A stretch of DNA of 50,396 bases from Bacteriovoracaceae bacterium UBA7695 (GCA_002482685.1 DLGL01000106.1:1-50396), one strand, 5' to 3'; shown: positions 1 through 10,045, counted from the stretch's first letter. Translations and numbers: made by a program. Notes: generated by a model from the sequence alone, not told the origin.

Positions 1-2169
1 GCGCATATAAATTCGGTTAGACACTTCCGCCTGAGATAGATTAGTCAGCCTTACACTTATTCCGGCCTTAAAAATATAATTAGTTCTTGAAGTGGAATCA
101 CTTCTGAAGCGGATTTCGTAAGTTTTATTATCTGCAAAAGAAGCTGAATTGGTAAGTGCAGCTGAGTTCCATTGATAGGCCAGACCAGTTACTGTCACTG
201 TAGATCCCGCCACGGCGATATTGTCGGTGACGTTATGCAAGGCCATCGTTCCCACACTTGTGGCATTATTGGTAGACATGAGTCCTTCAAGCCTATAAGC
301 GGCTGATTCCAGTTCTACAAATCGGGAATCATTTCGAATAAACTTGCTGACGTAGGTTGCATTAGTGGCAAGTGTTGTCGCAGTTGTTTGAAATACAGGA
401 GCTAAAATAACCCGTGACTGACCCCCATGATCAAAGCCGGTCATTGGAAACCAGAGTTTTGTTTTAGTGGCTTCAACTTGCTTAATCAATATTTTTGCCG
501 TCTGAACAACGAGCTGATCGTTGGCCGCCGTACCACTTAAACGAATCTTTAAATTATTAGTTCCCGCAGGAATTGTGAGAGCACCCGATCGGAAACGTCT
601 TGGAGTTGTTGTGCCAAAAGGAACTGATATGGATCCAAGTCCAACATTGCCGTTTCCAAGTAGATCAACAGAATAGTTAATAGTCGTGTTTATATTAATG
701 GCCATGATTTCTAAGTAATAGGTATTTGACGTAGCAACATAATCTGTTGTCGTTAAGGGATACAGTGAACGGTCAAAAATGGTTGCCGCCGTATTTGATG
801 ATAAACCCCGATCAATTAAATCAATTGGAACCATGATCGTGATACCAGGACTCAAAAATGTTACTTCTCCTCCGTCATCAAATACTGGAGAGGTAATCCT
901 TAACGTTTTAACTTCAGGACTCATAGAGGTCATAGTACAAGTTGAAACTCCGCTAGCATTTGAAGCGGAACAAACACCGTAAGTGTTATCATTTCCAGAA
1001 TCCGTGGCCGTAAAAGTGGGGATCTCACCGGGGATTGGATTCTGTCCGGCATCTCTTAATGTGATTGTTACCGTTGAACTTGCAGTTCCATTGGCAAGAA
1101 TTCCCGAAGTCCCGGCAATATCGGAATTTGCTCCCGTAGCACTACCCGGGATAAATTCTACTGTTCCTCCAGTCACTGCAACCGGAGTCAATAGATTGAG
1201 GGTTTTAATTTCCGCTTTAAGTGAGGTCAGATTACAAAGTGCCAAACCTGTTACATCCGAGGGTAAACAAGAACCGTAAACATTGCTACTGCCAGTATCT
1301 GTAGCGGAAAAAGTGGGAGTAATCCCCGTGACCGGATTTCCATAAGAGTCTTTTAAATTAATTCTAACGAGTGCAGCTGACACACCATCTGCACTAGGAT
1401 TTGAAGTAGAAAGAATTGTGGATTGAGTTGAATCTGCAGGACCGGAAATAAAAACAATATTATCGCCTGAAACGTAGGCAGGAGAAAGGATTTCCAGGCG
1501 TTTTGTTTCAGCAACTGTTGAAACCATGCTGCAAATTGAATTACCAAGATTATCAAGTGGAGAGCAAACTCCATATGTATTCCCTGAACTGGTATTTGTG
1601 GCCCTAAAAGTGGGAGTTCCAGAAAATGGATTTCCCTCAACATCCACTAGATGAATACGAATCTGCGCAGAAGTAGATCCATCAGCAAGGATATTACTAT
1701 CACCAGTGATTGATGAGTTTGAATAATCAACAGAATCATTGACAAAAGTTACACTCCCACCGCTGAGACTTACAGGATAGCTCAGGGATAGAATTTTTAC
1801 TTCTGGAATCGAAGAGGCAAGTGTACATAGCGAAACCCCGTCAGAGTTTGAACTACTACAGGCCCCATAAACATTGCTTAATCCTGTATCTGTTGCGGAA
1901 AATAAAGGCACCACCCCTGTCACCGGAATAGACCCTGCAGCTTTTAAAGTAATGGTTACTACCGCCACAGAAACACCATTAGCAACGATAGAACCTGAAC
2001 CAATTATAGATGACTCGGCAGCAAGAACATCTGATGCATCCAAATCAGGATTGGGTGTCTGAGAAGGCGTATCTTCGCCAGTACCAAAACCACCGTCACT
2101 TGTCGTTGTGGACTTATTACAAGCAAAACTAAGAAGAAAGAGAAGAAGCAGAATAAAAATATTATTCAT
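1..2169 (-). CDS. Large surface lipoprotein with four invasin/Big-1-like Ig repeats (3' end runs off the window)
   Basis: Translated by hand from ATG at 2169: MNNIFILLLLFLLSFAC-NKSTTTSDGG... (signal peptide with lipobox). No stop over 723 codons to position 1, which is why it is absent from the ORF track. Four ~98-aa repeats are followed by a beta-rich non-repetitive region. Confidence 0.88.
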   Translation of the reverse strand, partial: MNNIFILLLLFLLSFACNKSTTTSDGGFGTGEDTPSQTPNPDLDASDVLAAESSIIGSGSIVANGVSVAVVTITLKAAGSIPVTGVVPLFSATDTGLSNVYGACSSSNSDGVSLCTLASSIPEVKILSLSYPVSLSGGSVTFVNDSVDYSNSSITGDSNILADGSTSAQIRIHLVDVEGNPFSGTPTFRATNTSSGNTYGVCSPLDNLGNSICSMVSTVAETKRLEILSPAYVSGDNIVFISGPADSTQSTILSTSNPSADGVSAALVRINLKDSYGNPVTGITPTFSATDTGSSNVYGSCLPSDVTGLALCNLTSLKAEIKTLNLLTPVAVTGGTVEFIPGSATGANSDIAGTSGILANGTASSTVTITLRDAGQNPIPGEIPTFTATDSGNDNTYGVCSASNASGVSTCTMTSMSPEVKTLRITSPVFDDGGEVTFLSPGITIMVPIDLIDRGLSSNTAATIFDRSLYPLTTTDYVATSNTYYLEIMAININTTINYSVDLLGNGNVGLGSISVPFGTTTPRRFRSGALTIPAGTNNLKIRLSGTAANDQLVVQTAKILIKQVEATKTKLWFPMTGFDHGGQSRVILAPVFQTTATTLATNATYVSKFIRNDSRFVELESAAYRLEGLMSTNNATSVGTMALHNVTDNIAVAGSTVTVTGLAYQWNSAALTNSASFADNKTYEIRFRSDSTSRTNYIFKAGISVRLTNLSQAEVSNRIYMR
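853..2013 (-). repeat. Four tandem ~294-297 nt intragenic repeats encoding Ig-like domains
   Basis: Repeats start near 2013, 1716, 1422 and 1125. Shared pattern: SxI...A[DN]GxSxAxVxIxLxD..GNPxxG..PxFxAT[DN]TG..NxYGxC.......G.S.CxLxS...E.KxL....P....GG.VxF, with two Cys per repeat. Confidence 0.85.
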
Positions 2170-2875
2170 AGGCCATTCCCAGGTTGATTGAGGTTAAATT
2201 ATTGGCCTGCTGATAAGTCCCGTCGTATTGCGCCCTCTCATGAAGAAGCTCAATGCTCCAGTCTATCTGACGGTATCTGAGGAGATAATTTAGGCTTCCA
2301 CGAACTGCAGCTCCGCGGTTGATGTTCAAGTCTTCTTTTCCACCGGAAAAATACTGATGATAGGCCACTTTAAAAGAAATCCCCGATGTGAGAAATCGAA
2401 ATAAGTCAGCATAGGCCTGAATACCTATTAATGGTAAATTGAGTGTTTTTACCGCTATCTCTTTTCCACCATCCCCATAGAGAAAGTTCTCTTGTTTCAG
2501 ACCACCCACAGCTGCAAGATCAAAACGAGGAAAAATTTTTCTGCGTAGATCAAACTGGCCTCGCAAAAGATAGGAGGTTTCCGGTTTGACACCTTTACTA
2601 AATGATTGCCTACGAAGTGATAGTTCGGCCTGGCTTGACCATAAGGCTGAGAGCTTCATCTGAAGGCCTACATGTGCATGGAGATCGGTTGAAGTAGCGT
2701 TAGCTTTTCGTTTGAGGGAGTCTTTGGCTTCAATATCTGAAAATGAATAACCCAGGCGATTAACGAATCGTTTATTGTAAGTTGAGTCTTGCGCTTGAGA
2801 CTTCTGAGTCAGCAAACACAGTCCAAAAAGAAGCAGCAAAAAGTGTAGAACTAAAGTTCTGGGTAGAATATCCAC
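2162..2875 (-). CDS. Exported protein, probable outer-membrane beta-barrel
   Basis: Signal peptide (..LLLLFGLCLLTQKSQA-Q), alternating amphipathic beta-strands and a C-terminal strand INLGMAYE. GTG start. Overlaps the lipoprotein start by 8 nt (ATGAATAA). Confidence 0.6.
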   Translation of the reverse strand: MDILPRTLVLHFLLLLFGLCLLTQKSQAQDSTYNKRFVNRLGYSFSDIEAKDSLKRKANATSTDLHAHVGLQMKLSALWSSQAELSLRRQSFSKGVKPETSYLLRGQFDLRRKIFPRFDLAAVGGLKQENFLYGDGGKEIAVKTLNLPLIGIQAYADLFRFLTSGISFKVAYHQYFSGGKEDLNINRGAAVRGSLNYLLRYRQIDWSIELLHERAQYDGTYQQANNLTSINLGMAYE

Positions 2876-2923
2876 ACCTTATAGTCGCACTATTTAAGAT
2901 TTTATTAATGCGACAAATTCTGC

Positions 2924-4030
2924 CTATAATTCTTGATTAAAGATGTCACTCATCAGGCTATCTAGAATAATAAAGCCCCTGGGATTAAGGATCATTTTCC
3001 CGGATTGGTAAACCCCAAGCCTTTGAGAAACCCAATGCTCAAAGAGTTTTTCTAGCTGCGGTGATAATCTCTCCGGTGACCACCCCATACTTGTTCTCAG
3101 TAGAAGATACATCTTTTCTAATTCGACTTCTGCCTGACTTAAATGCTCCACTTCTACTTCCGGCTGAGAGACCTTCCATTTATAACGGAGACCACTATTT
3201 TCTGAAAGATTCAGGTATCCCGTACCGGTGGGGCCTAGGGCCATAACAGATTCTGAACGCCAATACTTTAGGTTATGCTTTGATTCAAATCCAGGCAGAG
3301 CAAAATTAGAAACTTCGTAATGATGATACCCTTTTGAAACCAGGTAATCACTGACCTGGAGATACTCTTCACTAATATATTCATCATCCGGAATATTCTG
3401 AATATGAGGGTATTTTGACCGCGCATTAAGGATGTAAAGACTTATATGTTTTGGCCTGTAGGCCAGAAGCAAATCCAGTTCTGATATGATATCGCGTTTT
3501 TTTTCTTTCGAAAAAGGAATACCTAGTAAAAAATCCAGAGAAAAATTCCAGTCATTCTCCTGACAAAATTTTAGCAGATCAAGGCTTTCCTGAAGTGAGT
3601 GTTGCCGGTCCATGATTTTTAAAAAATCAGGGTGAAGAGACTGAGTGCCGATGGAAATCCGGTTCATTCCAATTTTTTTCCAACTATCGATCATCTCTTG
3701 GGTCCATGTCCCTGGATCAATCTCCATGGTGAACTCACAATTATCTCCTATAGGCATTTCTTTTAGCACATGATCTCTAAAAAACTCAGCTCCCTCAACA
3801 CCCCAAAGTGAGGGGGTTCCTCCACCAAGATAAACTGTTTCTAAGGGAAGAATTTCAACGGTAGATGAATTCAAAATTTCCTGGTGTCTCATCAAGCTGT
3901 TATCTAGAAACTGATGAAACTCCTCAATCTGCTTTTTAGACTGATCGAATTGCTTTTTATAAAAATCACAGTAATTGCACAGGTGCTTACAGTAGGGGAC
4001 ATGCAAATAGAGGCTTGAGACCTGAGTCAT
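2924..4030 (-). CDS. hemW: Radical SAM heme chaperone HemW (HemN-like)
   Basis: LYLHVPYCKHLCNYCDF (CxxxCxxC), YLGGGTPS and YEVSNFA...SKHNLKYW motifs. 368 aa, lacking the N-terminal extension of true HemN. Confidence 0.85.
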   Translation of the reverse strand: MTQVSSLYLHVPYCKHLCNYCDFYKKQFDQSKKQIEEFHQFLDNSLMRHQEILNSSTVEILPLETVYLGGGTPSLWGVEGAEFFRDHVLKEMPIGDNCEFTMEIDPGTWTQEMIDSWKKIGMNRISIGTQSLHPDFLKIMDRQHSLQESLDLLKFCQENDWNFSLDFLLGIPFSKEKKRDIISELDLLLAYRPKHISLYILNARSKYPHIQNIPDDEYISEEYLQVSDYLVSKGYHHYEVSNFALPGFESKHNLKYWRSESVMALGPTGTGYLNLSENSGLRYKWKVSQPEVEVEHLSQAEVELEKMYLLLRTSMGWSPERLSPQLEKLFEHWVSQRLGVYQSGKMILNPRGFIILDSLMSDIFNQEL

Positions 4031-4108
4031 TATAGAGAAAGTCCTTCAAAAAAAAGAGGTCTACAGAGATAATAGAAGGATACTGAGAATGTCTCAACTA
4101 AGGAAGCT

Positions 4109-6670
4109 ATGAAAATTGACCAGGTCCAGCTAGATAACAAACTTAACACGCTTTTCATCCATTCTCCTGGCTGTAGTGCAGCCACTGTCCAGATTTGGTT
4201 CCGCGCAGGTTCGGCACTTGAGAAAAAAGACAATGAAGGGATCGCTCACTTTTTGGAACATATGTTTTTTAAGGGCACTCCTACTCGTCCAGGCCCTCAA
4301 CTGGCCCATGATATTGAATCCTATGGCGGTGAAGTCAACGCCTTTACTTCATTTGATTACACTTGTTACTACATTAATACGCCGAGTATTTTTCTGGATA
4401 AGTCGGTTGATATCTTAATGGATATGGTGGCCAATCCTCTATTCGGTGAAGAAGATATTCCAGCCGAGCGTCAGGTGGTTTTTGAAGAGTATCGTCGCGC
4501 CATGGATAATCCATCTCAGTATAATTTTATCCAGCTTCAAAAAGCGTCTTTCGAAGGGGGCTACGCTCATCCCATTTTAGGTCGCGAAGATACTATTCTG
4601 AATTTTTCGTCGGAACAAATTAGAAGTTTCAGAGAAGATTTTTATAATTTAGAAAATGCGATGCTGGTGGTGGCGGGTGATTTAACAAATCGTCAAGCAC
4701 TGGAAGATAAAATTAAATCTTATAGCTTACCTCATGGAAAAAAATCCAGCTTTGGAAGTTTTGATCTCAAAAAACAATCTTCAGTTAATGTGCATGACAA
4801 AGATATCCGTCAAGCAACTCTGACTCTCAGTATTCAGGCGCCTCAGTATGCGGGGGAGCATACGGCCGCTCAAGATCTGGCCATCAACTGTCTAGCCCAT
4901 GGTGAGACATCGCGCTTCTATCAGGCGCTGGTTGCTAAAACCTCACTTTGTAATGGTGTGGCCGGTTCTACTATGTACTTCGCCGATGGCGGAGCTCATA
5001 TGCTTAAAATGAGTTTCCCCGTTGAAAATCTCAACAAGGTTTCAAAACTTTTTATCTCCACACTTAAAGAATGTCTGGATAAAGGTTTTAAACCTGAAGA
5101 GCTGACCAAAATTAAAAACCAATATATCTCTTCAAAAGTCTATGAGCGGGAATCCATTGAGTCCTATGCGTTTAGCTTAGGTCACGGCTTTGCTCAATCT
5201 GGTAATATTTTTTGTGAAGATGAATTCATTGAAAAGATTCGTCACACAACTGTGGATGAAGTGTGGGATGGATTAATCACTCTCTTCCAGAAATCCACTC
5301 ATTTTACGCTCCAGGTGCCTAAAGGGACTGATCTTAAAAAACAAGAGAAGGAACTAGTTAAGTGGCAGGGTGACATTAAAGCTGTCGCCGGCAAAGTTAA
5401 AAAGAAAACTGAAGCACTTAAGATCATCACGTCTACAAAAGATAGCGCTGTTCAGGTTATAGAACTGAAACCGGGTATTCGCCTAATTTACCGCCAGAAC
5501 AAACTCACTCCTACTTTCGTGCTTCACGCTTATCTAAAAGGTGGACAGGCGTCTGAGAATTTAAAAACAGCTGGCCAGCATCATTTGATGAATCGTCTTT
5601 TTACTTACGGGTATAAAGGAATGAAATATGAAAAACTAAAAAATGAACTAGAGTCTCTTTCTTCTTCTCTCAGTGGTTTTTCAGGTAAGAATGCGTATGG
5701 ATTGACTCTTCATGGACAGAGTAAGGATTTTGAACGCCTTTCAGAGCATTTTTTTGGAACGCTATTTACGCCTGAGATGCCCAAGAAGTTTTTTGATCAC
5801 GAAAGAAAGGTTATTATCCGAGCTTTAGATAACTCTAAAGAAGATCCTATGAAGCAGGCGTTTAAATCATTTTATAAAATGGTTTTCAATCAACACCCTT
5901 ACTCACTAGATCTCGCAGGCTCTGCTCCTACTCGGAAAACTTTTACTCCAACTGGTCTCAATCGCCTACACCAGGGACATTTAAAACAATCTGAAATCGT
6001 CTTCACTTACTGCGGAGATCAAGATCTTCCAGGAGTACTTCAAATGATGAAAGAAGTAACGAAAGGACTTGGTCCAAGGAAGAGTCTTAAAAAAGCTAAA
6101 AACAAAGTGAAACCTGTGACCGGTAAAAAAGTGGATCTGGAATTTACCAGAGAGCAAACTCAGATCATCATTGGCGCTCCTGCCTTTAACATAACTCAAA
6201 AAGAAGACCTCTTCTTGAAAATGATCTCCACTCACTTATCTGGTCAGAGTTCTGATCTTTTTGTTGAGGTGAGAGATAAACAGGGTCTTTGCTACTCAGT
6301 CTCCCCAGTTCACGTTTCTGCACTTGAGGCCGGCTGCTGGGGAATATATATTGGTTCAGGCCACGATAAAACGGATGCTGCGATCGAAGCCATCATGAAA
6401 ATTATTAATGCCATCCGTGATAATGGTTTAACAAAAAAAGAATTCGAAAGGATTAAAACAATGATGGATGGTCAGAACCTTCTGGGTATTCAAACGAATG
6501 AAGACTACGCTCAGTTTTATTCAATACCTGTTCTTCACAACCTTGGATTAGATTTTGCCCATAACAACAACGACCTCATCCGGAATGCGAAGTACGAAGA
6601 CTTTCAGGCTTTCTTGAAAAAATTCTTTGGGTCTAAATGGAATATAATTAAGGCCGGTCGGTTAAGTTAA
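4109..6670 (+). CDS. M16 family zinc metallopeptidase (pitrilysin/insulinase-like, two fused halves)
   Basis: GIAHFLEHMFFKGT (inverted HxxEH), NAFTSFDYTCY and ERQVVFEE in the first half. The second half has a degenerate metal site and VRDKQGLCYSV. Confidence 0.92.
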   Translation: MKIDQVQLDNKLNTLFIHSPGCSAATVQIWFRAGSALEKKDNEGIAHFLEHMFFKGTPTRPGPQLAHDIESYGGEVNAFTSFDYTCYYINTPSIFLDKSVDILMDMVANPLFGEEDIPAERQVVFEEYRRAMDNPSQYNFIQLQKASFEGGYAHPILGREDTILNFSSEQIRSFREDFYNLENAMLVVAGDLTNRQALEDKIKSYSLPHGKKSSFGSFDLKKQSSVNVHDKDIRQATLTLSIQAPQYAGEHTAAQDLAINCLAHGETSRFYQALVAKTSLCNGVAGSTMYFADGGAHMLKMSFPVENLNKVSKLFISTLKECLDKGFKPEELTKIKNQYISSKVYERESIESYAFSLGHGFAQSGNIFCEDEFIEKIRHTTVDEVWDGLITLFQKSTHFTLQVPKGTDLKKQEKELVKWQGDIKAVAGKVKKKTEALKIITSTKDSAVQVIELKPGIRLIYRQNKLTPTFVLHAYLKGGQASENLKTAGQHHLMNRLFTYGYKGMKYEKLKNELESLSSSLSGFSGKNAYGLTLHGQSKDFERLSEHFFGTLFTPEMPKKFFDHERKVIIRALDNSKEDPMKQAFKSFYKMVFNQHPYSLDLAGSAPTRKTFTPTGLNRLHQGHLKQSEIVFTYCGDQDLPGVLQMMKEVTKGLGPRKSLKKAKNKVKPVTGKKVDLEFTREQTQIIIGAPAFNITQKEDLFLKMISTHLSGQSSDLFVEVRDKQGLCYSVSPVHVSALEAGCWGIYIGSGHDKTDAAIEAIMKIINAIRDNGLTKKEFERIKTMMDGQNLLGIQTNEDYAQFYSIPVLHNLGLDFAHNNNDLIRNAKYEDFQAFLKKFFGSKWNIIKAGRLS

Positions 6671-6675
6671 CAAAT

Positions 6676-7275
6676 TTAAGAAACTCTTCTGGTGGGTGCA
6701 GGAATCATCCCACTCACCAGCATTTCCTGATCAGAGACGGCCTCATCACGTAAAACTTTTTTAAAGATCAAATTGTTGTCACCTAGTTTATTTTGACTGG
6801 CGAGAATCGACATGAGAGTTGTCATAGATTCAAAACACGTGGCAAACATTTGGTAAAAACGAGGAATATCCAAAAAGCTCGTTCCTACTGTATTCAAATG
6901 AGAGTAAGCCGTTTTCCCAATCTGCGCGTAGTACTGAGCATCAACTAGTTTCTTGTGTGTGGACTCAGCAAAATAGCCGCAAACCAAAAGCGACATATCG
7001 GCCACTTCTTTATAGATCCGTTTTTGTTCTTCCCGGGAGTATTGAGCGGCTTCCATAAGTTTCAACCCAAGAATCTTTTCCCGCACTTTTCCGTCGATAA
7101 CATCAAAATAGTCCTGCGAGAGGGCAAACTTATCCAGAACATCGCTTGAATAGAAAATGAAAGACTCAGGAACAGGGCATAGTGATTTTTTATTAAGCGC
7201 ATTCAGACCGTCGAAGAAATACCCCTGGAGGTTGGTCTGAAGAATTATCTTCTTGTCTGATTCAGGTGTCTGCAT
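6676..7275 (-). CDS. Hypothetical cytoplasmic helical protein
   Basis: 199-aa ORF with GGAG RBS upstream. Protein-like composition, motif ADMSLLVCGYF..LVDAQYYAQIGKTAY. No function recognised. Confidence 0.7.
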   Translation of the reverse strand: MQTPESDKKIILQTNLQGYFFDGLNALNKKSLCPVPESFIFYSSDVLDKFALSQDYFDVIDGKVREKILGLKLMEAAQYSREEQKRIYKEVADMSLLVCGYFAESTHKKLVDAQYYAQIGKTAYSHLNTVGTSFLDIPRFYQMFATCFESMTTLMSILASQNKLGDNNLIFKKVLRDEAVSDQEMLVSGMIPAPTRRVS

Positions 7276-7323
7276 CCAAGATCTCCTTTACTTATTTTAT
7301 CATATCGCGAAAAAACCGACGGA

Positions 7324-7350
7324 ATTAACCCCGGAATATTTTGCCGATCT
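7324..7350 (+). promoter_or_regulatory. Possible sigma-28 (FliA)-type promoter
   Basis: ATTAAC...GCCGATCT lies about 25 nt upstream of ATG 7376. Partial match to TAAA/TCAAG-N14-15-GCCGATAA. Confidence 0.3.
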
Positions 7351-7375
7351 CTTAAAACCAAGGGAAACTAAGGGG

Positions 7376-8086
7376 ATGAAACGCCTTAAAAATCTCTTCG
7401 CAGTTCTGATTCTATTGCTGGCCTTACCTGCCTGGCGCCTCCTGGACTGGGCAGTACTGACTCTCCCCTTTCCCATAATGATCACCATCATGCAGACCAT
7501 TTGGATGGGCCTTTTTGTAGCTCTGCCTTTGAACCTTATTATTACCCGGTTTAGCCGCTGGTTCGTGCTGGGGACCATCCTTTTTTTTGCTCTAGTAACT
7601 TACCTAGCTGGCCCTTTATCTGGTCAGGCTACACTTGACCCTAACCTGACTCATTGTGGGCGCACAACTTACACTGGAACTCTCTATCCTTTGAGAGTGG
7701 TGCTCTTCTCTTCCCACCAAGATGACCTGGAAATCAGAAATCAAATGTGCTGGGTTACTAAGTTAATTAAAAAAGTTCCCTCTAATATTGCAGCCGAAGA
7801 TCTTGCCGATCAGTTGAATGGAATGAAGTTCAGGCTTATGAAGCCAGAAATTAAATACAGGGTTACACTTCCCTGGATTACATTCCTTTTAGGAATGTAT
7901 GTGAATTCTTCCGGAATTGAGAATGGTCCCTTATTGATACAAAATCTCGGCTACTGGTCTAACCTTTATTCCCATCAAATTTCGGGAAGAGAATATTCTT
8001 GGTCTGAGTGGCCTCATTCTGAGGTTGTAAAATTCGAATACGGATTTATAGAAAGAAACTGGGAAAATATTAAAATCGAATTTTAA
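7376..8086 (+). CDS. Hypothetical membrane protein (about 3 N-terminal TM helices plus a soluble domain with a Cys pair)
   Basis: Probable start MKRLKNLF at 7376 after AAGGGG. The 7253 start in the ORF track overlaps the divergent gene. Hydrophobic N-terminal segments. Confidence 0.65.
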   Translation: MKRLKNLFAVLILLLALPAWRLLDWAVLTLPFPIMITIMQTIWMGLFVALPLNLIITRFSRWFVLGTILFFALVTYLAGPLSGQATLDPNLTHCGRTTYTGTLYPLRVVLFSSHQDDLEIRNQMCWVTKLIKKVPSNIAAEDLADQLNGMKFRLMKPEIKYRVTLPWITFLLGMYVNSSGIENGPLLIQNLGYWSNLYSHQISGREYSWSEWPHSEVVKFEYGFIERNWENIKIEF

Positions 8087-8116
8087 AACGACCCCAATCA
8101 ACGGCCAGATTGGGGT
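8087..8116 (-). terminator. Stem-loop between convergent genes, probable terminator of the carboxylase operon
   Basis: ACCCCAATC-8nt-GATTGGGGT perfect 9-bp stem, followed by CGTTTT on the minus strand. Confidence 0.5.
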
Positions 8117-8126
8117 ACAAGTTGCT

Positions 8127-8612
8127 TTATTTTGTCTCTTCAATCTCAACCATTAAAAATCCAGAGTCCAAGGCCTGACCTTCTTTGACGTTAATCGACT
8201 TGATCACACCATCGGCTCCCGATTTAATTTCATTCTCCATTTTCATGGCCTCTAAAATCAGAACCGTTTCGCCTTTTGAGACTTTATCCCCTTCTTTAAA
8301 CATGATTTTCACTACCTTACCAGGCATCTGAGTCATGAGGGCGCCAGCGCCACCTTTATTAAGTCCAGAAGGTTTAAACCCTCTGTAGACCTTATACATT
8401 TCTGAGTTCGAAACCAAAGTTTCATTAACCCCCAAGCTTGCAAGTTTCTTCCATGCAATTCCATCAAATGAATAAAACTTTTTACCGGCAAGTTTCTTGA
8501 TTTGCAGAGTCTTCTTTTTGCCCTCATGAGTAAACTCTAGATTTCCAGAATTCAGAACTTCAACATCCAGGGCAAAGTCTTCCATCTCTTGGTTCATGAA
8601 GTAGTATCTCAC
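8127..8612 (-). CDS. Biotin carboxyl carrier subunit of acyl-CoA carboxylase
   Basis: MPGKVV...EAMKMENEI biotinylation motif. Start overlaps the upstream stop (GTGA). Confidence 0.92.
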   Translation of the reverse strand: MRYYFMNQEMEDFALDVEVLNSGNLEFTHEGKKKTLQIKKLAGKKFYSFDGIAWKKLASLGVNETLVSNSEMYKVYRGFKPSGLNKGGAGALMTQMPGKVVKIMFKEGDKVSKGETVLILEAMKMENEIKSGADGVIKSINVKEGQALDSGFLMVEIEETK

Positions 8613-10045
8613 AGAGAACCTCCTGCTTGGTTCTGCTCAATAGCGGCAATCTTAAGCATAAACGATTCAATGTTTTCTTTTTTTGCCACTTTATCTTGAG
8701 GCTTAACTGTTCCGATATAAGCAGTTGAATAATGACCTTCTTTAAAGTTCTTTTCATCCAGTATAACTTTATGAAGAGGGATATTAGTTTTAATCCCATC
8801 GATCAGAAGACCATCCAGTGCATTTCTGACTTTACGGAGGGCCACCTCACGGTTAAACCCTTTGGCAATAAGCTTACCGATCATAGGATCAAAGTCCGGA
8901 GTAATTGTTAAACCAGAAAAGATACAGTGATCAAAACGAATTCCTTGTGGGAAGGTGGTTTCAAATCCCACAATCTTTCCAGGAGCTGGAAGCATAGAAA
9001 TAGGATCTTCAGCACAGATTCTAAGCTCAATAGCGTGACCATGAATTTTAATATCCGCTTGTGACTTAAAATCCAGCGGTTCATTAAAAGCCGCTTTAAT
9101 CATATTTGCCACGAGATCCACACCAGTAATTTCTTCGGTAATAGGGTGCTCAACCTGAATACGTGTATTCATCTCAAGGAAGTAAAATTTCTTATCTTCG
9201 CCCATGATGAATTCGACAGTCCCTGCAGAATCGTAATTTACTGCTTTGGCACATCTCACAGCTGTCTCGCAGATATCCTGACGAACTTTTTCATCAGTAC
9301 CAATAAACGGAGAAGGAGCTTCTTCAATAATCTTCTGGTGACGTCGCTGAATCGAGCATTCACGCTCAAAGACGTGATAAACGTTGCCTTTTTTATCAGC
9401 AAGAATCTGCACTTCAATGTGATGCGGATTGAGAATATATTTTTCAACTAAGAGAGCAGCGTAACCAAAGCTCGAGAGGGCCTCACGCTGAACGGCCGCA
9501 AAGTTTGCCTTAACCTCAGCTTCATTGGCACAAGGCCGCATCCCTTTACCACCACCACCAGCAACTGCTTTCAGAAGAATCGGGTAACCGATTTCATTCC
9601 CTATCTTGATGGCTTCCTCAATAGTTTCTACTTCACCAGTTGAACCAGGGACCACGGGAACACCGGCCTCTTTAGCAATCTGCTTAGAAATATCCTTCGC
9701 ACCCATTTTATAAACCGCAGTCGGATTAGGACCAATGAAAGTCACACCTTTCTTCGATAGTGCTTCAGAAAACTCTCTATTCTCAGAAAGGAACCCATAT
9801 CCAGGGTGAACACCATCGATTTTGTAATTATCGATGATCTCCATGATCTTCGGAATATCTAAATAAGTTTCCTTATTGTTTGAACCTTTAAGGTGAACCC
9901 ACTCCTGACAATATTCAAGATGAGGTGGTTCAGTTTCGTTATCAGTCCAGACACCAACTGAAACCAGTCCTAGTTCGTTTAAAGCTTTTGCCACCCGGAT
10001 GGCAATCTCACCACGGTTAATGATGAGGACGCGTTTTCCTTTCAT
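8609..10045 (-). CDS. Biotin carboxylase subunit of acyl-CoA (propionyl-CoA-type) carboxylase
   Basis: [36 protein letters not shown] and [13 protein letters not shown] motifs. Confidence 0.95.
   Translation of the reverse strand: MKGKRVLIINRGEIAIRVAKALNELGLVSVGVWTDNETEPPHLEYCQEWVHLKGSNNKETYLDIPKIMEIIDNYKIDGVHPGYGFLSENREFSEALSKKGVTFIGPNPTAVYKMGAKDISKQIAKEAGVPVVPGSTGEVETIEEAIKIGNEIGYPILLKAVAGGGGKGMRPCANEAEVKANFAAVQREALSSFGYAALLVEKYILNPHHIEVQILADKKGNVYHVFERECSIQRRHQKIIEEAPSPFIGTDEKVRQDICETAVRCAKAVNYDSAGTVEFIMGEDKKFYFLEMNTRIQVEHPITEEITGVDLVANMIKAAFNEPLDFKSQADIKIHGHAIELRICAEDPISMLPAPGKIVGFETTFPQGIRFDHCIFSGLTITPDFDPMIGKLIAKGFNREVALRKVRNALDGLLIDGIKTNIPLHKVILDEKNFKEGHYSTAYIGTVKPQDKVAKKENIESFMLKIAAIEQNQAGGSL

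Noticed and set aside
779-2062. ORF-track entries 779-982, 983-1279, 1874-2062 (+) and 1353-1643 (-)
   Set aside because: They are antisense or off-frame shadows of the long minus-strand Ig-repeat lipoprotein gene; their mutual similarity just mirrors its repeats.
2884-2914. Inverted repeat GTCGCA..TGCGAC between hemW and the barrel gene
   Set aside because: Short stem with a large AT loop and no U-tract; terminator, operator and chance cannot be told apart.
7253-7375. Extended N-terminus of the 277-aa ORF
   Set aside because: It overlaps the start of the divergent gene and spans its promoter region; ATG 7376 with an RBS-like sequence is more plausible.
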